Both the position numbers and the translations under genes were made by a program. 20,000 nucleotides of DNA from an uncultured virus (IMG/VR IMGVR_UViG_3300042881_003198) (Duplodnaviria; Heunggongvirae; Uroviricota; Caudoviricetes): positions 56,335 through 76,334 of IMG/VR virus record IMGVR_UViG_3300042881_003198; one strand, 5' to 3'. How positions within the stretch are numbered: position 1 is the stretch's first letter; each line of letters starts with the position of its first letter. Under the pieces are notes generated by a model that did no database searches, was not told the DNA's origin, and was given only the letters and a program-made list of their open reading frames with translations. Shown here in pieces: positions 1-7,678 of this stretch.

Positions 1-625
1 CATTCGTATATCCATCGTTATGTGCCTTTTTAAGAACATCAAAGATAGTCTTATTTGCGGCATCATTTACAATTCTTTCACTATGAGCAGGGAACATCTG
101 TCTCATATATGAAATCTTTGTATCAGGGTCTAGTGGATTCTTTTTCTTATCCTGACTTCTGGACGGATAGATTAAATAGTCTCCACCATCTGCCTGAGAT
201 GATGCGGCAGCAACATCCATCAATTGCTGGTGTCCGACTGTAGGAGGATTAAAACGACCGAAAGCAACAGTAAGAGTTCCTTTAGTCTTAGGAACAGGTG
301 GTGGAGTTGCCACAGGTTGTTGGGGTTCCTGTGCTACTGGTTGCTGCTCTGGTGCGGGTTGTTGCTGCTGTTGAGGTGGTTGTTGGGCATTTGGGTCATT
401 ATAACTTGGAGAAGGAACATCCTTTTCGTGTGGAGTCTGAACCGGGTCTTTTCCTACTCTTTGTCTCTTATTATAGAACTTTAACTTTCCACCTTCGGTC
501 TTGGCAACAAACTCTCCTGTTGATCTGTCATACCAACCTCCGTGTCCGTCTCCCTGCAACCCAAGACGCTGAGCTTGGTCTGCTGCAGAAGTTGCTTCTG
601 ATATAAATTGGAGGAAACTTTTCAT
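1..625 (-). CDS. Phage cytidyltransferase-like nucleotidyltransferase (HIGH superfamily), 5' part; runs off the window start
   Basis: Not in the ORF track. Manual translation from ATG at 625 gives MKSFLQFISEATSAADQAQRLGLQGDGHGGWYD..., a P/Q-rich linker, then TLTVAFGRFNPPTVGHQQLMD...SRSQDKKKNPL. The frame is open to the window edge. FGRFNPPTxGH is the motif of the T4-like cyanophage cytidyltransferase. Confidence 0.85.
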   Translation of the reverse strand, partial: MKSFLQFISEATSAADQAQRLGLQGDGHGGWYDRSTGEFVAKTEGGKLKFYNKRQRVGKDPVQTPHEKDVPSPSYNDPNAQQPPQQQQQPAPEQQPVAQEPQQPVATPPPVPKTKGTLTVAFGRFNPPTVGHQQLMDVAAASSQADGGDYLIYPSRSQDKKKNPLDPDTKISYMRQMFPAHSERIVNDAANKTIFDVLKKAHNDGYTN

Positions 626-873
626 TACTTACTTAATTTTTTCTTACAAATATTCGCCATTATTGCTTCTTTATTAGCAATAATATAGTTTAAACCATTT
701 TTTCTAATCTTAATATATTTATTCTTTAACAAATCTGATTTATTTGATTTGATTTCCTTATCAAGTGTGAAATAGAAATACTTGATAAAATCATTAAAGA
801 CATCATTTGGTATTGATTTTTTTGTGGTAAAAATATCAAGAATATTATTCAGAAATAATTGAAGGTCTTTCAT
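625..873 (-). CDS. Hypothetical protein (82 aa)
   Basis: ORF track; its stop overlaps the next ATG (TAATG), fitting the operon. Confidence 0.65.
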   Translation of the reverse strand: MKDLQLFLNNILDIFTTKKSIPNDVFNDFIKYFYFTLDKEIKSNKSDLLKNKYIKIRKNGLNYIIANKEAIMANICKKKLSK

Positions 874-890
874 ATTAAACTAGTTCTATT

Positions 891-2225
891 TCACTCAAGT
901 TTATAATATGGAGCAGAATAAGTTGCTTGAGAACTTGCATACAAATAAAAATCTTGAACTACACTATCTCGCATTTCCCCAGATATTGAATTAATTATTT
1001 GAAACAACTTCATAACAAGATATTTTGAATATCTATACTTATTTGATTTTTTTTGTATAAGATTTGCAATATCTTCAATTTGTTGTGGTTTAATTATTCC
1101 ATCCGATGCCATTAACTGGGATATATTCATACAATGCTCAATAGTATTTTTTGTGGCAAGTGACGCAGACTCTGTAGAAGATGGAATTTGAGATAAACCA
1201 TGTCTTCTTAAAATAAAATTAATTGGGCCAAGAGAAATTTTTCCTTGATTAGCAGATGCACCTTTAATTTCTCCCTGCCAACCTGTCAAGGATGTCTCAC
1301 CTCCAAAACTTCTAAACTGTATCTTTTCATTATTGAGAGATCCCCACCGAATATACCCATCCATAGAATCTACATTACTAGTTGTCCCATAAAATTTTGC
1401 GCTATTTACCTTAGTATCTGAGGGAAAATTTTTCTTTGATATTTTTCCGCTACCGTACATTTTTTTAAGAGATACTCCAATAACCTGATTATTTTTAATA
1501 TACTCATACATCTGAGCATTTAAACCTCTTAAAGATCTTTCCTGACTTAATTTTCCTAGATTGACGCCATTACTTATCATATAAATGTCTGCTGGGCTCC
1601 ATTTATTTAAATTACCAAATGCCTTTTCATCTTTATTAATTCTACTAAAAGCAGATTCAATCAAAGAAACTTCACCAGAACCCCTATGAAAAGTGAACTT
1701 TCCTTTACCGTTAAAATATCTATATAGAGCATTTGCCCCCAGAATAGATGAATTTATCCAATCATCAGGAAGATCATTAATTATACTCTGAACAGATGAA
1801 TCAATAAACGATGTAGATGATGCCTTTATAAAATTATCTTTAGTAACATCAAGAATTGTCATTTCTCTTCTCAAGACATTAAATACTACCGCAGCATATA
1901 ATGCCTGAGAAGATTCTGACAATTTCGTAAGAGCAGCCCCTGCGCCAGATCCACCACCTCCAGACTTTTTATATATTAATTTTATTACAGAATTTGATTT
2001 AGGTAAAACAATTTTAGTTACTGGAAATGACGACTCACTTTTATCAATTTCATTTTTAAAGTTAACTCTTCTTCCTTTTAACTGTTTTGAAATATTATCC
2101 TGATCTTCTGCTCTTTGTGCAGAAATTATTCTAATCTTATCTACTTTTGGTCCAGTTTTAATTACCTTAGTTTCATATCCAGACAATACAGAATTTACTG
2201 CCAATAATATTTCAGAGTCTGTCAT
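891..2225 (-). CDS. Putative PD-(D/E)XK restriction-endonuclease-like protein (444 aa)
   Basis: Long ORF with NKWSPADIYM...IGVSLKK, resembling a PD...SxK nuclease active site. Late-promoter-like ACTAAATA lies just upstream. Function is inferred. Confidence 0.5.
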   Translation of the reverse strand: MTDSEILLAVNSVLSGYETKVIKTGPKVDKIRIISAQRAEDQDNISKQLKGRRVNFKNEIDKSESSFPVTKIVLPKSNSVIKLIYKKSGGGGSGAGAALTKLSESSQALYAAVVFNVLRREMTILDVTKDNFIKASSTSFIDSSVQSIINDLPDDWINSSILGANALYRYFNGKGKFTFHRGSGEVSLIESAFSRINKDEKAFGNLNKWSPADIYMISNGVNLGKLSQERSLRGLNAQMYEYIKNNQVIGVSLKKMYGSGKISKKNFPSDTKVNSAKFYGTTSNVDSMDGYIRWGSLNNEKIQFRSFGGETSLTGWQGEIKGASANQGKISLGPINFILRRHGLSQIPSSTESASLATKNTIEHCMNISQLMASDGIIKPQQIEDIANLIQKKSNKYRYSKYLVMKLFQIINSISGEMRDSVVQDFYLYASSQATYSAPYYKLE

Positions 2226-2244
2226 TGCTCTTTTATTTTATTTT

Positions 2245-2252
2245 TATTTAGT
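2245..2252 (-). promoter_or_regulatory. T4-type late promoter variant (ACTAAATA)
   Basis: Similar to the TATAAATA consensus; about 20 nt upstream of the ATG at 2225. Confidence 0.5.
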
Positions 2253-2331
2253 GCCCAAGAGAGGACTCGAACCTCCACGCCGAAGCACATGATCCTAAGT
2301 CATGCGTGTATACCAATTTCACCACTTGGGC
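2252..2331 (-). tRNA. tRNA-Leu (anticodon UAG); CCA not encoded
   Basis: Reverse complement GCCCAAGTGGTGAAATTGGTATACACGCATGACTTAGGATCATGTGCTTCGGCGTGGAGGTTCGAGTCCTCTCTTGGGCA. Acceptor stem GCCCAAG/CTTGGGC, anticodon arm CATGA-CTTAGGA-TCATG, a variable arm, and T loop GTTCGAG. Confidence 0.97.
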
Positions 2332-2390
2332 TTATGGAGAATATAAAATTCATTCTCCTAATAAATGCTTACAAAGCACCGGTCATATAA

Positions 2391-2567
2391 TCATTCTACA
2401 ATAGCACCAATCTTTTCATCAAGGTCCATAATTACAGAACGAATATCACTAATACGAGGAGGAACAGAAACCTCATCATAAGTATAACCTTTTTGGTTCT
2501 CAAAAAGAATTTGACGAACTGCAGCGGCAGTACGAACATCCATTTTAATAGATACGGATTTAGTCAT
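2391..2567 (-). CDS. Small hypothetical protein (58 aa, MTKSVSIKMDVRTAAAVRQILF...)
   Basis: Manual translation, below the ORF-track cutoff. Fills the gap between the 169-aa ORF and the tRNA. Confidence 0.7.
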   Translation of the reverse strand: MTKSVSIKMDVRTAAAVRQILFENQKGYTYDEVSVPPRISDIRSVIMDLDEKIGAIVE

Positions 2568-2572
2568 CAGTT

Positions 2573-3082
2573 TTAAGCAAGAGATTTTGAAAGTTCTGAA
2601 TTAATTGTGAGAGCAACATCAACTGGAACATTAGAATATTCAGCACGAAAATTATTATGTTGAATAATAATAACAGCACATCCACTTTCTACAATTGATG
2701 CGTCAATAGTTCCCACTTTTATTTGACCCTCATCAGTTTCACTAAAGTAAAGTCTTCCAATTTTTTGCTCCTTAAAGATGTTTGGAAGTTTTTGTCTCCA
2801 TTCATCCCAAGTTTCATGCATTTTATTATTTTTAAATTTTTGTGAGATTATATCAACTACTTTGTCCCATTCATCATTTTCGAGATAGAATGAAAAATGA
2901 GTTTTAGCAACCTCTTTAATACCACGTAAAGCTTTACTATTTGGATTTCTTTTTTCTTGCTCAGATAGAGCTTTTTTTAAAATAGGTCTCCAATTTTTAC
3001 TAAATTCATTAGAAAAATTAGGATATTTTTCTTGAAGTTGTTCAACAGTTGGTCTGTTTCTTTTTTTAGTTGAAGTAGTCAT
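2573..3082 (-). CDS. Hypothetical protein (169 aa)
   Basis: ORF track; its start overlaps the mazG stop (TGATG). Confidence 0.75.
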   Translation of the reverse strand: MTTSTKKRNRPTVEQLQEKYPNFSNEFSKNWRPILKKALSEQEKRNPNSKALRGIKEVAKTHFSFYLENDEWDKVVDIISQKFKNNKMHETWDEWRQKLPNIFKEQKIGRLYFSETDEGQIKVGTIDASIVESGCAVIIIQHNNFRAEYSNVPVDVALTINSELSKSLA

Positions 3083-3492
3083 CAGATGTCTCCCTCTTCA
3101 CGATTTTCACTATAATATACATCAAAGAATCCGTCTGGATAACGCTTCATCAGTTTATCAATATTGGTCTGAATTACTTCATCAAAAGAGACATCAAGAG
3201 CAATACACGCTTGTGCCACATACCACATAGTATCTCCAAGTTCTTTAATCAGGTGAGTACGAGTCTCATCATTCCAACTTTTCCCCTGAAAGATAAGTTT
3301 TTTTACTATTTCCAGAAATTCCCCACCTTCGGCATTAATACCCACACCAGCAGTCAAAAGTCGTTCAATATTAGCACCTTTCTCATCCAACTGAACCATA
3401 CGGTCAGACAGAGCAAGAAAATCTTTAGATGCATCAGAAGTTACGGCATCTACAAAGTTTTGATATTTATCAAAGTCAACTCGTTGTGTCAT
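3082..3492 (-). CDS. mazG: MazG-like nucleoside triphosphate pyrophosphohydrolase
   Basis: ERLLTAGVGINAEGGEFLEIVKK...KELGDTMWYVAQAC (ExxE...ExxD metal-binding motif). This is its usual position after gp41 in cyanophages. Confidence 0.92.
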   Translation of the reverse strand: MTQRVDFDKYQNFVDAVTSDASKDFLALSDRMVQLDEKGANIERLLTAGVGINAEGGEFLEIVKKLIFQGKSWNDETRTHLIKELGDTMWYVAQACIALDVSFDEVIQTNIDKLMKRYPDGFFDVYYSENREEGDI

Positions 3493-4661
3493 GAAAACTT
3501 AAATCCCTCAAATGATTTTTTTGGTTTATTTTCTTCATAATTATACTCCTCTTCCTGCCCACTGTCAAGTATGTCTTTTTGGGCAGACTGTTCACAATCA
3601 TAAAGACGCATTTTAGCACGGTCAATACCAACAACAAAACGCTTAAAGATTGTTGGATCATTATATCTATTTTTAAGTTGCTTGACCATAATCTGCCCCA
3701 GACCTTCAAGTTCCTCCGTGCTAATCAAAGCAAACATAAGGTCGGCAGTAGCAGGAAGACCAAAGGATTCTGAAGTATCGGTCAATTCAACATCAGAAGA
3801 ACCAAAACCGCTTCTTGTCGTTTGTGTGGCACTCACAATTGGCACATTAAACTCAACTGCCAAACCACGAAGTTCTTCGGCAATAGACTTAACCAAAGTA
3901 TAAGAATTAATATTACTACCACTCTTAAATCGTGACGAAGAACAAATATTCAGATAGTCAATAAAGATAATATCAGGTCGGAATGATTTCTTAAGAGCAA
4001 GTTCATTTAGAAGTGCCTTAAAATGCCCCGAGTGTGCCGAAGCAGTAGGATACTCTTTAATTACTAAAGTACCTTGAGTCTTCTTCGCAATACCGGTTAC
4101 TTTCTTCTCAAATGCCGAACGTGGCAAATCAACCAATTGCTGAATCGGAACATTGAGAAGGTTTGCATCAATTCTTTCTGCAATTCTTTCTTCCGCCATT
4201 TCAAGAGTGATGTAGAGCACGTTCCTACCCTGTAGCAACGCGGCACTAGCAACGTGGCACATGAACAGAGATTTTCCAACGCCAGTATTATGGGAGGAAA
4301 CCCCATTAGTATAATACCTATGATTTGGATGATTTACATTAATATCCACAATAGGTATTTGATTATTAGTTTTAATAATCTTACCAATTCTAATACCATC
4401 ACTAGTAATAAATTCATAATATGAATTAGATTGCTCTATTTCTTTAGCAGAAATCCATCCGTCAGTAGTTTCAAATAAATGACTTTCGTTACATTTTACT
4501 TTAGTATTATCTAACAAATATAACTTATATTCTTCGTACATTCCTTTATTAATAAAAAAATTAACAGGAACATATCCATCGGGAGAATCGACCTCCACTT
4601 CATATCCATTATCAAGTAATGTTTTGATTTCAGCAATTGATGTTTCTTTTTCAATCCACAT
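3489..4661 (-). CDS. gp41: gp41 DnaB-like replicative helicase, C-terminal fragment, fused behind a 125-aa split-intein C part
   Basis: Likely start is ATG 4661 (MWIEKE). The intein ends ...HPNHRYYTNGVSSHN, followed by TGVGKSLFMCH, YITLEMAEE, IFIDYLN, SATQTTRSG and KQLKNRY helicase motifs. Confidence 0.93.
   Translation of the reverse strand: MWIEKETSIAEIKTLLDNGYEVEVDSPDGYVPVNFFINKGMYEEYKLYLLDNTKVKCNESHLFETTDGWISAKEIEQSNSYYEFITSDGIRIGKIIKTNNQIPIVDINVNHPNHRYYTNGVSSHNTGVGKSLFMCHVASAALLQGRNVLYITLEMAEERIAERIDANLLNVPIQQLVDLPRSAFEKKVTGIAKKTQGTLVIKEYPTASAHSGHFKALLNELALKKSFRPDIIFIDYLNICSSSRFKSGSNINSYTLVKSIAEELRGLAVEFNVPIVSATQTTRSGFGSSDVELTDTSESFGLPATADLMFALISTEELEGLGQIMVKQLKNRYNDPTIFKRFVVGIDRAKMRLYDCEQSAQKDILDSGQEEEYNYEENKPKKSFEGFKFS
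4287..4661 (-). other. Split intein C-fragment (IntC, 125 aa) of gp41
   Basis: Block-B-like KCNESHLF, block F IVDINVNHPNHRYY, terminal His-Asn, then Thr(+1) at 4284-4286. Confidence 0.92.
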
Positions 4662-4665
4662 TTTG

Positions 4666-4673
4666 TATAAATA
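4666..4673 (+). promoter_or_regulatory. T4-type late promoter TATAAATA for the antisense HNH gene
   Basis: Exact consensus 21 nt before ATG 4695, followed by a purine-rich RBS (CAGGGGAA). Confidence 0.8.
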
Positions 4674-4694
4674 GTAGTAGCAGGGACAGGGGAA

Positions 4695-5363
4695 ATGTTT
4701 AGTCAAATCTATTATAATCTATGCGAAAGCAATAGGTCAAGAAAAGACAATTATAAAAAATATTCTGGGTTACACGAACACCATATTACTCCAAAACATA
4801 TGGGGGGAGATGATAGTGAAGAAAATCTCACTTATTTAAGTGTAAGAGAACATATCATAGCACATTATTTGCTTTGGAAAATTTATAAAAATCCAAATGA
4901 TTTAAGGTCTATGAAAATGTTGGGGGCAAATATAACACCCCAACACAGAAAAATAATAGGAGAATTTTGTAGAGATAATCAAATTGGGTTCTTCTCAATC
5001 CCAGTAGAAGAAAGAAAAGATTGGAGACTAAAAGGAATAGAAATACAAAAACAAGAATATCTAATCAATAATACTAAAAATTTCTATTATTGGAGCACAG
5101 AAGAAGGCAGAAAGGAAAGAGCATCAATTGGAGGAAAACAAAGAGCATCCACAGAATTCAATTATTGGGCATCTAATGAAGGAAGAAAAACACGAGCATC
5201 ATTAGGGGGAAAAGCACATAAAGGCAAAAAGGTAATGCATTTACCGGGAACAAAGGGATGGAAAAGAGTATCCCCAGAAGAAGTTGATATAAAACTAAAT
5301 GAAGGTTGGAAGTTTGGAACTGGAGAACCAGCACCAAATTCCAAAATCAAGAAATCTTCCTAA
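4695..5363 (+). mobile_element. Free-standing MobE-like HNH homing endonuclease between the gp41 fragments, antisense orientation
   Basis: LHEHHITPKHMGGDDSEENLTYLSVREHIIAHYLLWKIY matches the T4 MobE-type HNH N-terminal domain. Confidence 0.88.
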
Positions 5364-5979
5364 ATCTAATTTTAACTCTAGTTTCTGGATGAACGCAACC
5401 AGCGAGAGCAATATTGAGAGTCTTGTTAGGTAAACCACCTTTAGTGATTTTGTTGAAATATTCCAAATCAAATTCGATTTTATCTTCTTTACGGTGATAA
5501 AATTCATAACGTTCCTCATAATTTTGAAGATAATCGTGACCAATATTATTATCAAAAGATACTGCTAGGGCATCCGAAAGAATACTTGGAATGGCATCAC
5601 GATTCTTCTTTTCATCCTTTCCATCAGCAATATGAATGGATTCCATAAGTGCCAGATAAATTGCTCTGTCACGACACCACTTTTCGGTAGTATCAAGAAT
5701 CCACTGTTTATCAACTGGAGCATCATTAAGTTTGGAAAGTAATTCTGAGATTTCCTTATTTTCAGATTCGGTTAAATCTCTACGATTATCAATCTCAATA
5801 TTAAGTGCTTCTATGGTAATTGAAGACCCGTACTTAACAATAAACTCAACAATTTCCTCAAAGACTATTTTTTCTGTTCTTTGTTCATAGTATTCTGGTT
5901 GAATAAATGGAATGACCTTTCTGGCATAATCTTCATTGAATATTAAGTTTCTAAGAATTGTAAGTTCAAGTCGTTCCAT
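5347..5979 (-). CDS. gp41: gp41 helicase, N-terminal fragment, ending in a 16-aa split-intein N part
   Basis: MERLELTILRNLIFNEDYARKVIPFI...TEKWCRDRAIY...IGHDY...TKGGLPNKTLNIALAG, then CVHPETRVKIRFRKIS and stop. Confidence 0.93.
   Translation of the reverse strand: MERLELTILRNLIFNEDYARKVIPFIQPEYYEQRTEKIVFEEIVEFIVKYGSSITIEALNIEIDNRRDLTESENKEISELLSKLNDAPVDKQWILDTTEKWCRDRAIYLALMESIHIADGKDEKKNRDAIPSILSDALAVSFDNNIGHDYLQNYEERYEFYHRKEDKIEFDLEYFNKITKGGLPNKTLNIALAGCVHPETRVKIRFRKIS
5350..5397 (-). other. Split intein N-fragment (IntN, 16 aa: CVHPETRVKIRFRKIS) of gp41
   Basis: Block-A-like peptide starting with Cys1 exactly where the Walker A motif is interrupted; TGA at 5347-5349. Confidence 0.9.
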
Positions 5980-5987
5980 TATTTTAA

Positions 5988-6533
5988 TTAAAGATTACGT
6001 TTATGATGCGGAACGTCAAATACAAAAGTAATTCTAACGTTGTCGCCAATATTGACTGCCTTATGAGGCAGTTTATTATTAAACCAAAAAAGAGTTCCAG
6101 GTTCAACGATTATAGTCTCATCTCCAACAGTATACTCGTATTTTCCCTGAATGGAAAGATGATATCTATCTTTTGTAAGATAGTAAGTTCCTTCGTCAAT
6201 ATGAGAACCAACTATTTCACCAACCGGAAGAGCAAGGAATCCACAACGACGAAGTTTCTTAAAATATTTTCCCAAGTAATTAAGAATCTCCGTGTGTTTT
6301 TCATATGCCGGAGTTTTAATGCATATCTCAGTATTCCCCACATATTGGTCTTCTTTTTCAACTCCACCCATTATGAGTTGTAGAACATCTACAGTAACGG
6401 TATACTCTGTAGGGTCCAGTTGCTCGGAGTCTTCAATATTTTTTTGAGATCCCCAGTCTTCTGGATGTTCTTTAAGTTGCTCTAGTATTTTAGATACATC
6501 AATACCAGTTTTTATAATGCGTATGTTTTTCAT
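5988..6533 (-). CDS. Aspartyl/asparaginyl beta-hydroxylase-like 2OG-Fe(II) oxygenase
   Basis: HxD motif (SHIDEG), [21 protein letters not shown] and RITFVFD. Confidence 0.8.
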   Translation of the reverse strand: MKNIRIIKTGIDVSKILEQLKEHPEDWGSQKNIEDSEQLDPTEYTVTVDVLQLIMGGVEKEDQYVGNTEICIKTPAYEKHTEILNYLGKYFKKLRRCGFLALPVGEIVGSHIDEGTYYLTKDRYHLSIQGKYEYTVGDETIIVEPGTLFWFNNKLPHKAVNIGDNVRITFVFDVPHHKRNL

Positions 6534-7000
6534 ACGCCATAGGAAAATTCACCCTTAGCAATCACATCAAGTTTTTCCATTACCTCTTCAGTGAAGTATT
6601 TCTCTGGGTTCTTGAGAATTTCCTTGGCATAAATTTTCTTACCATCAATTTCATATCGCCCCGCTACATTCTTCCACATTTCGCCCAATTCCCCAAGCTC
6701 AAGAAGACCATAGTAACGATCAAGACCACGCTCGTCATAATAAAGACGAACTTCAACTTCTTGATTTTCCTTACTTAAACGTGATTTATGAGTCTTTGCC
6801 TTAATAATATTTCCGATGACTTCTGTCCCTTCTTTTTCTTTCTTTTTGCTGAGATAGATGATTGTAGAAGCAGCATACTTAAGACCAGAGTTGTGGGAGA
6901 CAATACCTCCATGAAGTATGTAATGATGTTCCCCCTCCACAGTAATGTCATATACTTCTTCTGTTTCAACTTTTTTGATAGACTTTACAATTCGTTCCAT
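6530..7000 (-). CDS. uvsX: UvsX RecA-like recombinase, C-terminal fragment, fused behind a 37-aa split-intein C part
   Basis: [37 protein letters not shown] followed by [19 protein letters not shown]...KSRLSKEN...[21 protein letters not shown] lies inside the upstream HNH gene. Confidence 0.93.
   Translation of the reverse strand: MERIVKSIKKVETEEVYDITVEGEHHYILHGGIVSHNSGLKYAASTIIYLSKKKEKEGTEVIGNIIKAKTHKSRLSKENQEVEVRLYYDERGLDRYYGLLELGELGEMWKNVAGRYEIDGKKIYAKEILKNPEKYFTEEVMEKLDVIAKGEFSYGV
6890..7000 (-). other. Split intein C-fragment (IntC, 37 aa) of UvsX
   Basis: Block [13 protein letters not shown], block G SHN, and Ser(+1) at 6887-6889. Confidence 0.93.
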
Positions 7001-7634
7001 GCCACCTCTTATACATTGGGTATGTTATTTGTTTCTGACAGTGCTCACAGACAACCTGCCTGTGTTTTTTTCCATAACGAGGAGACTTCTCTCCTTTTCT
7101 TTCAGATGCCAGTTCCGAAAGAATTTTTTTTGTTTGTTCTGAGTGCGTTTTGTTGAAGAATGGATTAGACTCTCCACTCATCCTTTCACTCATCATTTTT
7201 CTATGTTCTGGAGAAGAAACAGTTTGTCTATGTTTTTCACGAACAACAGGATTAAACATTGGATTATTTTGTCCATAATGCCCTCTTCCATAGAAAGGAT
7301 TATTCTCACCTGAAGTTAAATGAGAATAACTTCTCCTTATTCTATCATAAGAATTTAGATTCTTACACCTAACTCCATTACCATTAATAGAACACATACG
7401 ATAAAAAGCATAACACATTTTTTTCTTATACTCACCCTCAACCATCTTTAATAATAAATGATGACAGATGAAATGTTCTCTTGGAGTTAAATTTACTAAA
7501 TTATCTTTTGTATTTTTACCTCCAAATGATTTGGGAATGATGTGGTGCCTTTCTGTAATGCCATTGATTTCTCTTTCCTTTGCTCTTTCTATAATACGAA
7601 AGTAGCAACTTGTATATTTGTTTATTATAAACAT
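6966..7634 (-). mobile_element. Free-standing MobE-like HNH homing endonuclease with NUMOD3-like repeats, between the uvsX fragments
   Basis: ERHHIIPKSFGGKNTKDNLVNLTPREHFICHHLL, repeated GENNPFYG / GESNPFFNKTHSEQTK motifs, and a C-terminal CxxC...H...C. Overlaps the uvsX-C start by 35 nt. Confidence 0.9.
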
Positions 7635-7675
7635 TAGGTTCTGGTCTTAAGTATTACTATTTAGACCAGAACCTA
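7635..7675 (-). promoter_or_regulatory. 13-bp perfect hairpin abutting the HNH start codon, with late promoter TCTAAATA (7658-7665) at the arm/loop junction
   Basis: Minus strand reads TAGGTTCTGGTCT-AAATAGTAATACTTA-AGACCAGAACCTA-ATG. Confidence 0.8.
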
Positions 7676-7678
7676 TTT

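Noticed and set aside
55..606. Plus-strand ORFs 55..243, 224..484 and 298..606
   Set aside because: They are shadows of the minus-strand cytidyltransferase; the hydrophobic runs are the antisense of its P/Q-rich linker.
3790..3830. The known gp41-1 intein insertion region (TRSGY|SSSD)
   Set aside because: Here it reads TTRSGFGSSDVE, uninterrupted. The intein in this phage is at the Walker A site instead.
4662..4706. N-terminal extension MTKHFPCPCYYYLYK of gp41-C in the ORF track
   Set aside because: It uses a TTG start and is the antisense of the HNH promoter and RBS. ATG 4661 fits the intein continuation better.
5971..7000. uvsX-C and gp41-N both begin ATGGAACGA (MER)
   Set aside because: Only a 9-nt match with no further similarity; probably chance.
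4662..7678. Group I intron, frameshift or assembly error as the explanation for the broken gp41 and uvsX genes
   Set aside because: The gaps are filled almost entirely by HNH coding sequence, leaving no room for a ribozyme core. Both breaks are bounded by complete intein motifs (Cys1; His-Asn plus Ser/Thr).
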